From an uncultured bacterium (GTDB lineage Bacteria; 4484-113), in NCBI GenBank assembly GCA_963749125.1, contig CAVVLL010000009.1, positions 1 to 43,944 of the forward strand: DNA of 43,944 nucleotides. Reading direction: 5' to 3'. Position 1 is the stretch's first letter. Each line of letters opens with the position of its first letter. Below are positions 30,152 through 39,975 of the stretch, piece by piece. The notes under the pieces were generated by a model. That model was not told where the DNA came from. It made no database searches and saw only the letters and a program-made list of their open reading frames with translations. Both the position numbers and the translations under genes were made by a program.

Positions 30152-30479
30152 GATTTCCTCCAATTCAGCTTCACGTATTATCGCATAAGCCTGAATCGCC
30201 AAGGAGCAGTTTGTTGAGCTGCTTGCCGCAGAATATCCAAAGGAGTTGAGCGATGAGTACGAACGCTGCGCTTACCAACAAACATTCATATGGCTGCGCT
30301 GTTGCGGAGGAAGCTCATCTCGCTTGGATCATGTCAGATGCTGCTGAAAAACCAGATGACCGTTAAGAATCTCAACAGCCATCCTAGCGGGATTGCAAAT
30401 TACCCGTCCGATGATAAAATAATCTCGATAAATTCTCTGTATAAACATAGATTTCAAGTGGATCACCTAGGAGTGGGGA

Positions 30480-31457
30480 ATGAGATCGTTATCAGTTAGC
30501 TTGGCATTTTGTCTTATGGCTTTAACGGTAGCTGTGGCTCTAGCATTAGTCGCTGGGTGCGCGGCAACGCCAAGAAATGGAGCAGGAGTGATTCCGCTCA
30601 TTCAGGCGCGCGCTGTCTCGGCACCGGTAACTACTCAAATCCTAAAGACTACAGATACTCCGCCAACGAACGAGGCGGATCGTATACTGAACATCGGCTA
30701 CCACCTCGACGTTTCAGAAAGTTACATACTTACGTGGAACTACCGGATGCTCGGAGATTACAACGTTTCATTGAACGTCGACGTTTCCGACATCACCCCG
30801 ATAGCAATGCATTTCGCCGAGACCTGGGATATCAACGGCCCACCCAACAACGCTGCGTCAATCGTTGACGGAAGCGTGAATGGCATTGTCGGCGTTGAAG
30901 ATCTCACGCAGATCGCGATGAACTACAACCGGACAATCGCTTCCTTTATGGTTGAAGGTTCGGATTCTGTAGCCGGTGTTTACACAGAAGTCGGAAACGT
31001 CTTGTTCCCGGTTGATTGGCTGATTGAAGACGGCATTCCTGCCTTCGCCTTTAACATGGGAGTAATCCCTGCTTACGAATGGTACCGCGTAGTTCCGCTA
31101 GATGGCGAAGGTAACCGCGGCATTGAAAGCTTGCCAATCCACTTCGTTCCTGGTGGCGGAGGCGGCCTCGTTATTGGCCTGGGGACCACACCAGAAGCTG
31201 GCACGGGTCTTGAAGACGATCCATATGTCATCCTTACAGCGACTCCTTACGAGATCATAGTGGAGGACGAGCACGGAGTTCCTATTACGTCTGGAGTTAC
31301 GTTTACCGTCCATCCTCCATTCCTGGCTAGTGTCACGTCGACGTCGCCTTTCATAGTAACGCATACAGGCACGCTGACGGGAGATTTCTATGTTGAAGCA
31401 TCAATTGGAGGCCTAATAAGTAATAGGCTCTATTTCCGCATACCCGGCACACCGTAG
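30480..31457 (+). CDS. Lipoprotein with dockerin-like module and C-terminal Ig-like (Big_2-like) domain; low GC (about 50%)
   Basis: Lipobox LVAGCA. Paired segments GDYNVSLNVDVSDITPIAMHFAE and DGSVNGIVGVEDLTQIAMNYN (30753-30930). The C-terminal beta-rich region is TFTVHPPFLASVTSTSPFIVTHTGTLTGDFYVEASIGG. Confidence 0.55.
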   Translation: MRSLSVSLAFCLMALTVAVALALVAGCAATPRNGAGVIPLIQARAVSAPVTTQILKTTDTPPTNEADRILNIGYHLDVSESYILTWNYRMLGDYNVSLNVDVSDITPIAMHFAETWDINGPPNNAASIVDGSVNGIVGVEDLTQIAMNYNRTIASFMVEGSDSVAGVYTEVGNVLFPVDWLIEDGIPAFAFNMGVIPAYEWYRVVPLDGEGNRGIESLPIHFVPGGGGGLVIGLGTTPEAGTGLEDDPYVILTATPYEIIVEDEHGVPITSGVTFTVHPPFLASVTSTSPFIVTHTGTLTGDFYVEASIGGLISNRLYFRIPGTP

Positions 31458-31476
31458 TCCGGGCTCGAGAATCGCG

Positions 31477-34173
31477 TTGAGTATTTTGGACGGAGGTAAG
31501 TCCGTGATGAAGTCAGTTATCAAGATAATGCTGGCCGCGTTAGCTTTAGCCTTAGCTATCGCCATGTTTTCCTGCGGCGGTGGCTCACATCGGGCGTCAA
31601 CGCTATTTAACCAATCTTCAGCCAACAGCCCCGCGAGAGCGGCGCAGCCAGTTACCGAATGGCCGCAATCGCTGCCGGTTGACGGGATCCAGCCATGGGA
31701 AACAACCGATAGCAATGGGAGGGTTGTTAGCAGTATCAACCTGCAAAGCCAGTTCATACCTGGCATTGAGCGCTTCCAAGAAGCCGGCGTAGTGGCCGAC
31801 ATTGGCGAGGCTTCGAGCTTTGCCAGCGGGCTGCCCGGCGAGAAGGGAGTTTCCTGGGCTTACTACCGCATTCCAATGGGCGCGGAACAGCCCGGCACTA
31901 TTGCAGCTGATGTTAACCTTCGCCTCGATGCTAACAGCGATACAAGCGCATATTACGTTGGTGTTGCAGATTACTCGGCAAACACCTGGCATTGGTATGG
32001 GCCCTTCACGGCGAATTACATCCGCTTCAACGTCCCGCCCGCCAGCTATACAAGCTCCTTCGGCAACTTGTTTCTTGCCATTGTAGCCTATGACGGCGCG
32101 GACTTTGATCTTGTCGGCCTGGGCGTAAACGCACGCGACTACTCCGACACGGACGATCCTATGCCTCCCGCCACCCCGACATTGACCCCTGAAGTTGGTG
32201 GCATCTTGGTGGAATGGGTTCCAGTCGTTAACGCTGACCTGGCAGGTTACAAAATATACGCCAATGGCTCTGACGCCCTGGGCTATATTGAGGGCGGCAC
32301 CAGCGTCTTCATCCCTGCTTCCGCGGCCACGTCAATAAGCTTGAGCTCGGTTGACGTAAGCGGCAATGAAAGCCCCCTGTCAGATCCCGCAAGCGCGATG
32401 CCTCTGTCCGGCGCTCCGTTGGTTGTGCAGATCACGACAACGGCTGCTTCCGGCGTGCGCGGCGACATCATTGCCCTGTCCGCTACCGGTGCAGAGAGCT
32501 ATGACTGGGATGTCGATGGCGACGGCGATTGGGATGTCACGGGAGATACTACTGGAAACGCTTTCGCATCCACGATTGACATGGGCATCATCCGCCCTGC
32601 CCTTCGCGCACATACAACTGCGAACGGTTTTTGGATGGGCGCAGTATCCTTAATCATCTCGGGGAATGCCAGGCCTGTTATCGCCGTAACAGCAGCCCCT
32701 CAGTCGGGACTTGTTCCGCTGCCTGTTTCCTTTACACTGACCGCTGAAGATGATGACGGGACTATCGCCGAATACGCCTGGGACTATGAGGGAGATGGCA
32801 TCTATGATTTCTCTTCCCCTGCAAATCCAGGCACGCTTGACCATACATATCTTGGCGCTGGCCTATTCAACGCCAAGTTCCGCGTTACTGATAACGACGG
32901 CGCCTGGGATGTTGACACCGTGGCGATTAGCGTTACCGAGACAACCAACCACGCACCAGTGGCCGCAATAACCGCGACCCCTTCATCGGGAAGCGCTCCG
33001 CTTGAAGTGCTCCTTGATGCATCGGGAAGCTACGATCCCGACACCGAAGTGGGAGACCACATCATCAGGTACACATGGGACATAGAAGGCGACGGCGTCT
33101 ATGAGAAGATCACCTTCGTCCCATTCCTTGTCGTCACATACGACACTCCCGGCATTTTCACACCGAGTGTGAGCGTCACCGACAGTTGGGGCGCGATAAG
33201 CATCGGCACTGCCTTCGTAAACATTAACATCCTTGATAACGTAGCTCCCACCGCCTCGTTGATAGCCGACCCGCTGCTGGGCGACATTCCGCTTACAGTG
33301 GCGTTTGACGCAACGGCGTCCACCGATACGGACGGGTCTATCGTGCGCTACGACTGGGACTTTGACGGCAACGGCGTCTATGAAATCTACGACAGTACCG
33401 CAACCCCGTCCTGGACTTTCACCGGTCCCGGCAACTACGACGTCAGAGTGAGAGTCACCGATAACGACGGCGCCCAGGGCGATGCGTTTGTCACGATAAG
33501 CGTTTCTGTTCCAGGCAACACCTCGCCAGTGGCGGACCTCCAGCCTGTTACCGCGGGAGGCAACATACCCTTTACGGTGACGTTCAATTCCAGCGCTTCC
33601 AGCGACCCCGACGGCACCATCGTTCGCTACGACTATGACTTCAACGGCGATGGCATCTGGGATGCCTACGATGCGCCCGCTGTCATGGACTGGACTTACA
33701 CTACCGCCGGCGTATTCACAGCCAGGATGCGTGTAACAGACAACCTTGGCGCCCAGACCGACGCGACATCGGCGATAACAGTGAACGCCGTCCCGCTGCC
33801 CGTCCTTGAGGCGACTCCGCCTGAGGGTGACATTGGCGTTACTGTTTACTTCGACGCTTCTGCCTCCATCGACACCGACGGCACTATCGTTGATTACGAA
33901 TGGGATTTAGACAACAACGGGACATTCAACGAAGTTGGCCCCGAGGAAAACGCCCTCGGGCTTAGCAACGTGATAGTTGTCTACCCCGCTGCCGGCGAGT
34001 ATACGGTGACGGTGCGCGTAACCGATAACTTCGTGCCTGCCGCGACTGCAGTAGCCTCTGTAACTGCGCATGTTCACGGCTGGATCCCGCAGGCTGTCGA
34101 TGCGACGAACGCCAACGGGTCTTACTCGTCGCTTGGAGTTGTGGAAAGCCATCCTGCTGGCCTCCTACTATGA
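31477..34173 (+). CDS. Giant lipoprotein: N-domain, FN3, about 6 PKD domains (intact part of a PKD/BNR-propeller family gene)
   Basis: Signal peptide/lipobox (AMFSCGG). The FN3-like segment (about 32160-32410) has the W..V..A.L.GY.IY pattern. It is followed by repeated PKD units (APL.V.FDASGS.DPDG.I..Y.WDF.GDG, with TY...G.Y.V.L.VTD..G) at about 32410-34070. It ends at TGA 34171. Confidence 0.7.
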   Translation: MSILDGGKSVMKSVIKIMLAALALALAIAMFSCGGGSHRASTLFNQSSANSPARAAQPVTEWPQSLPVDGIQPWETTDSNGRVVSSINLQSQFIPGIERFQEAGVVADIGEASSFASGLPGEKGVSWAYYRIPMGAEQPGTIAADVNLRLDANSDTSAYYVGVADYSANTWHWYGPFTANYIRFNVPPASYTSSFGNLFLAIVAYDGADFDLVGLGVNARDYSDTDDPMPPATPTLTPEVGGILVEWVPVVNADLAGYKIYANGSDALGYIEGGTSVFIPASAATSISLSSVDVSGNESPLSDPASAMPLSGAPLVVQITTTAASGVRGDIIALSATGAESYDWDVDGDGDWDVTGDTTGNAFASTIDMGIIRPALRAHTTANGFWMGAVSLIISGNARPVIAVTAAPQSGLVPLPVSFTLTAEDDDGTIAEYAWDYEGDGIYDFSSPANPGTLDHTYLGAGLFNAKFRVTDNDGAWDVDTVAISVTETTNHAPVAAITATPSSGSAPLEVLLDASGSYDPDTEVGDHIIRYTWDIEGDGVYEKITFVPFLVVTYDTPGIFTPSVSVTDSWGAISIGTAFVNINILDNVAPTASLIADPLLGDIPLTVAFDATASTDTDGSIVRYDWDFDGNGVYEIYDSTATPSWTFTGPGNYDVRVRVTDNDGAQGDAFVTISVSVPGNTSPVADLQPVTAGGNIPFTVTFNSSASSDPDGTIVRYDYDFNGDGIWDAYDAPAVMDWTYTTAGVFTARMRVTDNLGAQTDATSAITVNAVPLPVLEATPPEGDIGVTVYFDASASIDTDGTIVDYEWDLDNNGTFNEVGPEENALGLSNVIVVYPAAGEYTVTVRVTDNFVPAATAVASVTAHVHGWIPQAVDATNANGSYSSLGVVESHPAGLLL

Positions 34174-35100
34174 CTAACGTGAAACTTAACCCTGATGTAT
34201 ATCCGCGCGAACGACGCCATCGGAACAACTTGGGGAACGCCGGTTACTGTAGACGCAACGACAGGCAACGGCCAATACAACTCAATGGCGATCGTCAGCG
34301 GCTATCCCGCTATCAGCTACTACGATGCGACTGCCGGCCTCCTCATGTTTGTCCGGGCCGCTGACACATTTGGAACGACTTGGGGAACGCCTGTCACAGT
34401 CGACGCTGCGGCAAACGTTGGCCAGTATACTTCGCTTAAGGTCGTAAACGGACTGCCGGCGATTTCATATTACGACACCACCAACGGCGACTTGTATTAC
34501 GTTCAATCCACCGACATCACAGGGACTACCTGGAATACTCCGGTGAACGTAGCCAGCACCAACGACGTGGGCTGGTACGCGAACCTTGAGCTTGTTGATG
34601 GGTTCCCCGCAATCTCGTCTATGACTTCACTAACGCTGACCTGTTGTATGCGCGCGCAACCGACGCAAACGGCGCAACTTGGGGCGCACCGGTTACCGTT
34701 GACAGCAATAATGACGTGGGAAGCTGGAATTCAATGAAGGTCGTGGACGGCAACCCCGCCATCGGCTACTTTGATGCAACGAACGGCGACCTCGTACTAC
34801 GTGCGCGCCAGCAACGCCACCGGCTCCGCTTGGGGCACTCCGGTTCTTGTGGACGGTGCCGGGGACGTGGGATGGTGCACTTCGCTCATCGTCGCGGACG
34901 GCAAGCCTGCGCTTGCCTACTACGACAACACTAACTTCATCCTGAAATATATCCGCTCGATCGATTCGATCTGGCGCAGTCTGGAGCACGAACGTAATCG
35001 TCGACGCCACGGCCAATGTTGGCGTATACACCTCCATGGCGATAGTGAACGGCAGCCCTGCCATTAGCTACTTCGACAATACGAATGGCGATTTAAGTAT
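34174..35100 (+). pseudogene. Decayed BNR/Asp-box beta-propeller domain belonging to the upstream PKD gene (in-frame stops plus at least 4 frameshifts; truncated after about 6 blades)
   Basis: Blades of about 45 aa continue in shifting frames (ORFs 34195, 34644, 34771, 35036): G.Y.S.A.V.G.PAISYYD.TNGDL.Y.RA.D..GTTWGTPV.VD. The first blade's SYYD is readable only in the +1 frame at 34150-34170. Confidence 0.5.
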
Positions 35101-35223
35101 GCCGCCTGAATCGATGCTTCATGCTTCGCGCAGGTCTGTTCAGGCTATAGGTTCAAGTTCGTCTTCGGATTGGAGACGTAAAGAGAAATGTGTCTTGATT
35201 ACTAAGTTACTAAGGTAGAGAAC

Positions 35224-38200
35224 ATGAACATCACTCGAAAACTGGCGATGATATCCGTGCTAGGGTTGATTATCCTCGGAATATTCTCGGTGCGGCCATG
35301 GCACGCGCACCACATGGAATTCCACGGGCGGAGAGCAGCCAGACGCACGCGCACAAGCGCCTATTGAGCTTGCCAACGTGGAATGGCCTGCAGGCTTGCC
35401 TTCCGACGGGATACAGCCTTGGGAAACGCTTGAGGGCGGGCGCGTTGTTGCCAGTTCATCGGATGCGGCACTTCATCCCGGCATAGAGCGTTTCTGGAAG
35501 CGGGGAACGTATCCAACTTCGGCGAGGCGTCAAGCTTCGCCAGCGGCGAGCCCGGCGGCAAGGGCGTATCGTTCGCGATATACCGCATGCCCATGGGCGG
35601 CGTCAGCCATCCATCGTATCCATCGACGCCAACCTGCACGCGCAGGACGGCGCTTCATCTTCATATTACATCGGCGTAGCGGACTATTCCTCCGACACCT
35701 GGCGCTGGCACGGCCCGGTTTGCCGACAGCCACGTGCTGATTCCCCTGCCGCCATCGGCATACACGAGCCCGTTTGGCAATCTCATGCTGGCGGTAGTGG
35801 CATATGACGGCGCAGGCTTTGACCTGGCCGGCCTTGGCGCCACTGCGCGCGACGGCGGCGATAGCGAAGCTCCACCAGGCCTCCCGATAGACCCGCGCTC
35901 ACGCCCGCTGCCGGCGGGGATATCGGCGCAGTGGGATAGCGTGCAGGCGCAAGGCATCGCCGGATACCGCATCTATGCGGGCGGCAGCGATGCGCTTGGT
36001 TATGTGACCAGCCGCACCAGCGCCTTCATACCCGCATCCAGCGATACACAAGTAACCGTAAGCTGCGTAGACATGAACGGTAACGAAAGCGCGCCTTCAC
36101 CCAGTTCAAGCGCAACTCCGCTTGCAGGTGAAGCTCCTCAAGTTACGTTCACAGCAAGCGCTGCTTCAGGCCGCAGCGGAAGCGATATAACCTTGAGCGC
36201 ATCCGGCGCTGCGAGCTACGACTGGGACCTTGACGGCGACGGTGAGTGGGAAGTGACCGGCGACCACACCGGCCTTGCGCAGGCGCGCACCTCAGCGCCC
36301 GGCGTGGTTAGGCCGGCATTGCGCGCGCATGCGCCCGGCGGCGGCATGTGGACAGGCGCAATCAGCCTCATCATCGCCGGCAATACGCGCCCTGCGATGA
36401 GCGTCATCGCATACCACCAGTCCGGGCTGATACCCCTTGCGGTCGACTTCGAGATGACCGCTATGGATAACGACGGCCAGGTTGTTGAATACGCCTGGGA
36501 CCTTGAAGGCGACGGTATCGTACGACGGAACGTCGGCTGTGAACCCAGGCGCCGTGCACAACACATACCTGCTTGCAGGGCTGCAGAACGCCAAGTTCCG
36601 CGCCACCGACAACGACGGCGGCTGGAGCACCGACACAGCCGTCGTGAGTGCTGTGACCGGCCTGGCGGCCCCTGGCAACACCGCGCCGATAGCGTCTCTT
36701 GTTGCAACGCCCGACACCGGCACTCCCCCGCTGGCAGTCACACTTGACGCTTCAGGCAGCTACGACCCCGATGCAGGCGACGCCATCGTCCAGTATATGT
36801 GGGACATAGACGGCGACGGCTCCTACGAGAAGATCAGACACCCCCACCCTCAATGTGGTATATGACACACCGGGCATACCCGTTCCCACGGTCGCCTGCG
36901 AGGACAGCCACGCCGCAGTGGGCGAGGCCAGCGCATTCGTCGTTGTGAACGCGCTCAACAACATCGTCCCCACAGCCGCGCTCACCGCGTCCCCACGTTT
37001 GGCAACGTTCCGCTAACCGTCGCCTTTGACGCATCAACGTCAAGCGACTTTGACGGCACTATCGTGCGCTTTGACTGGGACTTTGACGGCGACGGCTTCT
37101 ACGAGGCATATAACGCAGGCTCAACGCCTTCCTGGACCTATACCTCACCGGAACTATGACGCCAGGGTCAGGGTGACCGATAATGCTGGCGCGCAGGCAA
37201 CCGCCTTCACCACCATAAGCGCGCTGGTGCCAAACAACCTAGACCCTGTAGCCAGCCTGTCGCCCGCCACGGCCGCAGGCGATGCTCCCCTCTGTCGTGA
37301 ACTTTGACGCATCAGCGTCCAGCGATCCCGACGGCGTCATCGTGCGCTACGACTACGACTTCAACGGCGACGGCATATGGGACGCTTTTGACAGCGCAGC
37401 CGCAGTCACCTGGACATACACCGTCCCCGGCGCGAGTACACCGCACGGCTGCGCGTTACCGACAGCTCGCGCGTGCAAAACATTACCACCTCGGCCATCA
37501 CCGTGAACGCGCTGCCGGTGGCTGTGCTCATCGCCACGCCACCCGAAGGCGAGAAAGGCGTGACGGTATTCATGACGCCTCAGCATCCGCAGACGCAGAC
37601 GGCGCACTCACCGACTATGAATGGGACCTCGACAACAACGGCACCTTTAACGAAGTCGGCGCTGAAGAGAACGCGCGCGGCCTTGCAGGCGCGCAGGTGA
37701 CCTACCCCGTCGCCGGCATCTACACCGCCACCGTGCGCGTCACCGATAACGCCCTCACGCCATCCACCTCCACCGCTTCCGCTACCGCCACCGTCCATGG
37801 GTGGACTACGCAGACGATATTTGGCGGCACGCCCATCGCCTCATACGGCTCAATACTGACGGTTGACGGCAATCCCGCCGTCGCTTACCGGGACGATGTG
37901 CCGGGCGATTTGATGTATATCCGCGCTACAAGCCCCGACACGTCTTCATGGGGAACGCCGGTGGCCGTAGTCAGCGCGGGAAATGTGGGCTTCTACTGCT
38001 CGCTGGCTATCGTGGCGGGAAATCCTGCGATTGCTTACTTTGATAACACAGCCCTCGGCCTCAAGTATGTCCGCGCAAACGACGCAAACGGCACCAGCTG
38101 GGGAACCCCTGTTACCGTTGACGGTGGCGGAAGCCCAGGATACTACACGTCCATGACAGTTGTTAACGGCGCGCCTGCAATCTCCTATTACCAAAACGGA

Positions 38201-38833
38201 AACAGCGACTTGAAATACGCAAGGGCAGCCGATGCCTTTGGCGCTACATGGAACACACCATTGGTCATTGAAGGCGCGGGTTTTGTTGGCAAATACTCAT
38301 GCTTGAGAATAGTGAGCGGCTATCCCGCCGTTTCCTACCTGGACGAGTTGAACGGAAACCTAAAGTTCATCCGCGCCACCGATGCAAGCGGAACGTCATG
38401 GAACACGCCCCTAACCATTGATAGCGTTGGCAACGTAGGGCTTTACACTTCAATGGAGATTATCAACGGCAATCCGGCGATAACCTACTTCAACAGCACC
38501 AACAACGACCTTATGTTCGTCAGGGCTATTGAGCCGACGGGGACTTTGTGGGGTACCCCTGTGGCCGCTGACAGCGCGGCATTCCTGTTCTGGAACACGT
38601 CGCTGGCGGTCGTTGACGGCAATCCTGCAGTCGCGTATTACAGCAACGGCACCTACGACCTGCGTTATGTGCGCTCGCTGGACACGGACGGGGATGTCTG
38701 GCTTCCACCCCTGATCGTTGACAGCACAGGCGACGTCGGCGCTTTCGCGGACCTGTATTTCTGCGGCAGCGACCCCGTTATCTGCTACAACGACTGGACC
38801 AACCTTGATTTGAAGTTCGCCCGGTTGTATTAG
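35224..38833 (+). pseudogene. Paralog of the 31477 gene with about 10 frameshifts across the N-domain/FN3/PKD region; the C-terminal BNR beta-propeller (about 37560-38833) is in one intact frame
   Basis: Signal peptide MNITRKLAMISVLGLIILGIF at 35224. Homologous segments appear in ORFs 35378, 35734, 36482, 37026, 37282 and 37473 (EWPAGLPSDGIQPWET, FN3, PKD units). The ORF 37304-38833 is nonsense for its first about 85 codons, then encodes the last PKD unit plus 8 BNR-like blades ending KFARLY. Confidence 0.55.
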
Positions 38834-38849
38834 GCACAGCCTCAGCTGC

Positions 38850-39905
38850 CTACTTGCTGAAGTGGATGAGGATGATGTCGCCGTCGCGGATGATGTACTC
38901 CTTGCCTTCAAGGCGGTGCTTGCCTGCAGGCTTCACCTTGTCGGGCGAGCCCAGCGCGATGACATCTGCGGCGCTGAATACCTCGGCGCGGATGAAGCCC
39001 TTCGCAATATCGGTATGGATGGTGGCCGCGGCTTGCACCGCCGTAGAACCTTCGGGGACCGTCCACACGGTCAGCTCTTTTTCGTTGTAGGTGTAAAACG
39101 AGATATGCCCCAGCGTGGCCAGCAGCGCGCCCTGCACCGGCGGCAGCAGCGGCTCGGTGACGCCGTAAAGCTCCTTGAACTCGCCTTGCTCGCCTTCCGG
39201 TATCGCGGCAAGCTCGGCCGCCAGGTCAACCGGCAGCGCAACCCAACGCGTTATGCCTTCCTCGCCGTCAAGCGCTTGCGACAATTCATCATGCAGCGCG
39301 GCGTCAACCACCTTGTCGCCGGTGTTGATGACAAGCAGCATGCGCTTCGCAGTGAGCAACGCCAAATCGCCAAGCTCGGTGCGCTCCTCCGGGGTGAGCT
39401 TCGTGCACAAGCACTCGCCCGCATCCAGCATCGCCACGACTTGCGCCAACAGCTTGTATCTCGGGTCGTCCTCGGCGCGCTTCACCGACTTGAGCCTCAT
39501 GCGCATGTTGGTTAGCGCGCTTTCGGAGCACGAATAATCCGTGACTATCAATTCCTGGTGGAACGCCTGCCACTCCTTCGCCGCCTCGGCGCCGCTTTCC
39601 GCCTTCAGCACCACCATCGCCATGTCGGCCTTGCGAATCTCGGGGAGTATGCGGCTCATGAGCTTGGGCGGGGTGCCCTTGCCGAAGCCGGGGAAGTCCA
39701 GCAGCGAATACTGCGTGTGCTTCACCGTGCGCCCGGGAAGCAGCTTCATCAGCTCGTCCACCTGCGCGTTTTCAAAGCCCAGCACCGCGAGCGGAGGCGT
39801 GAATGTCTCCGAGAGCATCGCGTCCTTGGGCTGTTCGCCCGAAAGTAGGCCAAAGAGCGCGCTCTTGCCTGTTCCTTCGGGCCCGATTATGCATATTCGC
39901 AACAT
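38850..39905 (-). CDS. YchF/Obg-family P-loop NTPase with C-terminal TGS (beta-grasp) domain; divergent G1 motif
   Basis: The start is probably the Met at 39905 (MLRICIIGPEGTGKSALF; G1 is GPEGTGKS where YchF normally has GLPNVGKS). DFPG G3-like motif and NTGD G4-like motif. The C-terminus IHTDIAKGFIRAEV...GKEYIIRDGDIILIHFSK matches the YchF TGS domain. The right-hand direct repeat covers 38850-39028. Confidence 0.65.
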   Translation of the reverse strand: MLRICIIGPEGTGKSALFGLLSGEQPKDAMLSETFTPPLAVLGFENAQVDELMKLLPGRTVKHTQYSLLDFPGFGKGTPPKLMSRILPEIRKADMAMVVLKAESGAEAAKEWQAFHQELIVTDYSCSESALTNMRMRLKSVKRAEDDPRYKLLAQVVAMLDAGECLCTKLTPEERTELGDLALLTAKRMLLVINTGDKVVDAALHDELSQALDGEEGITRWVALPVDLAAELAAIPEGEQGEFKELYGVTEPLLPPVQGALLATLGHISFYTYNEKELTVWTVPEGSTAVQAAATIHTDIAKGFIRAEVFSAADVIALGSPDKVKPAGKHRLEGKEYIIRDGDIILIHFSK

Positions 39906-39975
39906 AGAGTAATTTCCCGCGCGCATTATACCAGCAGGCGCGGGTTCTGCTAGAATCTTCGTTCGGAGGATTGAT

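Noticed and set aside
34171-34182. Two in-frame TGA codons at the PKD-to-propeller junction, as possible UGA recoding (Sec/Gly/Trp) that would fuse 31477-34173 with 34195-34737
   Set aside because: Residues flanking the TGAs do not match the blade consensus in that frame. The conserved SYYD of the first blade is readable only in the +1 frame at 34150-34170, so the region has local indels rather than a clean read-through site. No SECIS-like hairpin is evident, and large ORFs elsewhere contain no internal TGA.
37304-37560. First about 85 codons of ORF 37304-38833 (MTHQRPAIPTASSCATTTTSTATAYG...) as a genuine N-terminal domain
   Set aside because: Arg/Ala/Thr/His-rich nonsense typical of an out-of-frame GC-rich read. 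The real PKD coding frame for this stretch is in ORFs 37282-37506 and 37473-37700. The in-frame protein begins only at about 37560 with the last PKD unit.
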